Source of the DNA: a bacterium | Lineage (GTDB): Bacteria > BMS3Abin14 | Reading direction: 5' to 3' | Assembly (NCBI GenBank): GCA_020350725.1 | Contig: CP070719.1 | Coordinates: 43,625 to 107,624 of the forward strand | DNA: 64,000 nucleotides | In this document: in pieces, positions 61,837 through 64,000 of the stretch | Layout: the number at the start of each line of letters is the position of its first letter | Numbering within the stretch: the stretch's first letter is position 1 | Translations under genes and position numbers: made by a program | Notes under the pieces: generated by a model | Database searches by the model: none | Seen by the model: the letters and a program-made list of their open reading frames with translations, nothing else | What the model was told of the DNA's origin: nothing

Positions 61837-62880
61837 TCATCTCGGGGTCGGCAGGAGGATCCCTCTGTCCCCCGCCCACCGCACGTCGGCGGCGCCTTTC
61901 GGGATGCCGGCCGTGAGCCTGTCGAAGACACCCCTTCCCTCATCCCCGGTCAGGATCCTGGGCCTGAAGGCGATCACGGTGTTGTCCACCAGCAGGGGGT
62001 AGATCTCGACTCCCGAACAGAGGCCCTCCGGGGTGAACTCAGCCCTGGCCATGAGGCCGTGCCGGGCGTTTCTGCTGTAGGATCCGAAGGAAAAATTCCC
62101 CAGGCTGTACAGTATGACCCGACCCCGGTAGACCTCGATCGGCTGGAGTACGTGGGGATGGTGTCCCACGACCATGGCGGCGCCCGAATCGATGGCCAGG
62201 CGAGCCAGATCAACCTGATAGTCCTTCGGCGTCTCCATGAGCTCCTGGCCCCAGTGAAAGGATACGATCACGGTCCCTCTAACCGAGGCGGCCGCGACAG
62301 CCCTCCGGACGGTCCCGGGCGACCCGAAAAGGGTGCCGGGCCTTGACTCTCCTGCCCAGTACGAGTCGGGGAAGGTGTTGCTGAAAGCCAACAGGAGAAG
62401 GTTTCCGGGCGGTGCGGTCATCTCCGCCGGCAGGCCGGCCTCAGCGAGGTCCATGCCGGCTCCGGCCGGGGAGACGCCGGCCTCCCGGAGGAAGGCGAGG
62501 GTGTCCTCGAGGGCCTCGGGACCGAAATCAAGGATGTGGTTGTTGGCCAGGGAGACGGACCTCACCCCTTCTGCGAACATGGCCTCGGCGGCCTCGGGTT
62601 CGGCCCTGAAGGTGTAGGTTTTGCCCTCGACGGATGTCCCGCGGTGGGACAGGGGAGCCTCGAGGTTGAGGAAAACCCCGTCGGAATCTGCTAGGATGTG
62701 GCGGACCCCTCCGAAGAGGTAGGGAAAGCCCCTGGCCGCAATAACCCCCTCGGCGCTCCCCGCCGGAAGGAAGTCTCCGAGGAGTACCACGCGCCGGCCT
62801 GCGGGGGGGCTGCCGTCGGCGGTCGAAGGTGGGGCGAGGACGGCGAACAAGATGACCAGAAAAGAAAAAAACCTTTGCAT
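61837..62880 (-). CDS. CapA/PgsA-like metallophosphatase (poly-gamma-glutamate/capsule synthesis family)
   Basis: Signal peptide; metallophosphatase-like motifs (VSLANNHILDFG, MVVGHHPHVLQ). Confidence 0.7.
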   Translation of the reverse strand: MQRFFSFLVILFAVLAPPSTADGSPPAGRRVVLLGDFLPAGSAEGVIAARGFPYLFGGVRHILADSDGVFLNLEAPLSHRGTSVEGKTYTFRAEPEAAEAMFAEGVRSVSLANNHILDFGPEALEDTLAFLREAGVSPAGAGMDLAEAGLPAEMTAPPGNLLLLAFSNTFPDSYWAGESRPGTLFGSPGTVRRAVAAASVRGTVIVSFHWGQELMETPKDYQVDLARLAIDSGAAMVVGHHPHVLQPIEVYRGRVILYSLGNFSFGSYSRNARHGLMARAEFTPEGLCSGVEIYPLLVDNTVIAFRPRILTGDEGRGVFDRLTAGIPKGAADVRWAGDRGILLPTPR

Positions 62881-62967
62881 GGCGGGAAGTTAGCACGTCA
62901 CCGGCCTGTTTGACAACCCCCATCATTGGTGTTATAGATTGCCACTCCAGCGGAGAGAGGGATCTTG

Positions 62968-64000
62968 ATGCTCGACGTCCGTTTCCTGAGAGAGAACATC
63001 GATTTCGTGGAGGAGAGGCTGGCCGCCAGGGGCGAGGTGCTGGATCTCGACCCTTTCCGGAAACTGGACGGGGAGCGGCGTTCCCTCCTCCGGGAGACGG
63101 AGGACATGAAGGCGCGCCGGAACGCGGAGTCCCTCGAGATCGGCCGCCTCCGGAAGGAGGGCGTCGATGCCGCCGACCGCATGGAGGTGGTCCGGGGTCT
63201 CGGGGAGAGGATCAAGGCCAACGATGAGAGGCTCAAGTCCATCGAGACGGAGCTGAGGGAGTTTTTGCTCACTGTACCGAACCTCCCCCATGACTCGGTT
63301 CCGGTGGGAAAGGACGAGAACGCAAACAGTCTGGTCAGGACGTGGGGAGAGAAGCCTGACCCTGCCTTCGATCCGCTTCCCCACTGGGAACTCGGCGAGT
63401 CTCTGGGGGTTTTGGACCTCCCCAGGGCTGCCCGGATGGCCGGGGCCCGGTTTTCCGTCCTCTCCGGTGCCGGCGCCCTCCTGGAGAGGGCGCTGATCTC
63501 GTTCATGCTCGATCTGCACACCAGGGAGCACGGATACAGGGAGGTCCTCACCCCCTTCATGGTCAACGCAGACAGCATGCTGGCAACGGGGCAGCTGCCC
63601 AAATTCGAGGAGGACCTGTTCCGTGTCGAGGGGGGACAGTTCTACCTGATCCCCACAGCGGAGGTTCCGGTGACGAACCTCCATCGCGAGGAGATCATGA
63701 AGGAGAAGGACTTCCCTCTCCTCTATGCTGCCTACAGCCCCTGCTTTCGCCGGGAGGCCGGATCCCACGGCAAGGACACGAGGGGGCTTATCAGGCTTCA
63801 CCAGTTCAACAAGGTGGAGCTGGTGAAATTCACCCTGCCGGAGAACTCCTACGAGGAGCTCGAATCGCTGACCAGGGATGCGGAAGAGGTCCTCAAGCGG
63901 CTCGGCCTGCACTACAGGGTAATGTCCCTGTGCACGGGAGATCTGGGATTTTCCGCGGCCAAGACCTACGATCTCGAGGTGTGGCTTCCCGGGCAGGAAT
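62968..64000 (+). CDS. serS: seryl-tRNA synthetase, N-terminal part (runs off window end)
   Basis: Hand translation [23 protein letters not shown]...[25 protein letters not shown] (class II motif 2); absent from ORF track because no stop in window. Confidence 0.9.
   Translation, partial: MLDVRFLRENIDFVEERLAARGEVLDLDPFRKLDGERRSLLRETEDMKARRNAESLEIGRLRKEGVDAADRMEVVRGLGERIKANDERLKSIETELREFLLTVPNLPHDSVPVGKDENANSLVRTWGEKPDPAFDPLPHWELGESLGVLDLPRAARMAGARFSVLSGAGALLERALISFMLDLHTREHGYREVLTPFMVNADSMLATGQLPKFEEDLFRVEGGQFYLIPTAEVPVTNLHREEIMKEKDFPLLYAAYSPCFRREAGSHGKDTRGLIRLHQFNKVELVKFTLPENSYEELESLTRDAEEVLKRLGLHYRVMSLCTGDLGFSAAKTYDLEVWLPGQE

Overview
This 64 kb window is a high-GC bacterial chromosome segment spanning the replication origin. 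On the minus strand it carries the 5' part of an F-type ATP synthase operon (atpI-like, atpB, a fused c-subunit paralog, atpE, atpF2, atpF, atpH, atpA running off the window start), then bactofilin, parB-parA, rsmG-mnmG-mnmE and yidC-yidD-rnpA-rpmH. On the plus strand follow dnaA-dnaN-recF-gyrB-gyrA, with DnaA-box clusters on both sides of dnaA, an AT-rich unwinding element and two perfect parS sites. From about 24 kb onward the content is mixed and partly accessory: c-di-GMP signalling proteins, proteases, metF, a TIR-like-domain protein, Sel1/TPR proteins, an orphan ABC-type ATPase, an FTR-like/rubredoxin reductase coupled to a glutaredoxin-like gene, a pcm operon, rtcA, PhoH2, an addA/addB-like pair in which addB carries two in-frame stops, capA and the start of serS. 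No rRNA, tRNA, CRISPR array or transposase was recognised. The most unusual feature, and my best candidate for an undescribed system, is in the ATP synthase operon: beside a normal c subunit it encodes a triplicated c-subunit paralog (six predicted TM helices) in which all three hairpins lack the ion-binding carboxylate. All family assignments come from motifs read in the translations; no database search was run. Coordinates of non-coding motifs were read by eye and may be off by 1-2 nt.
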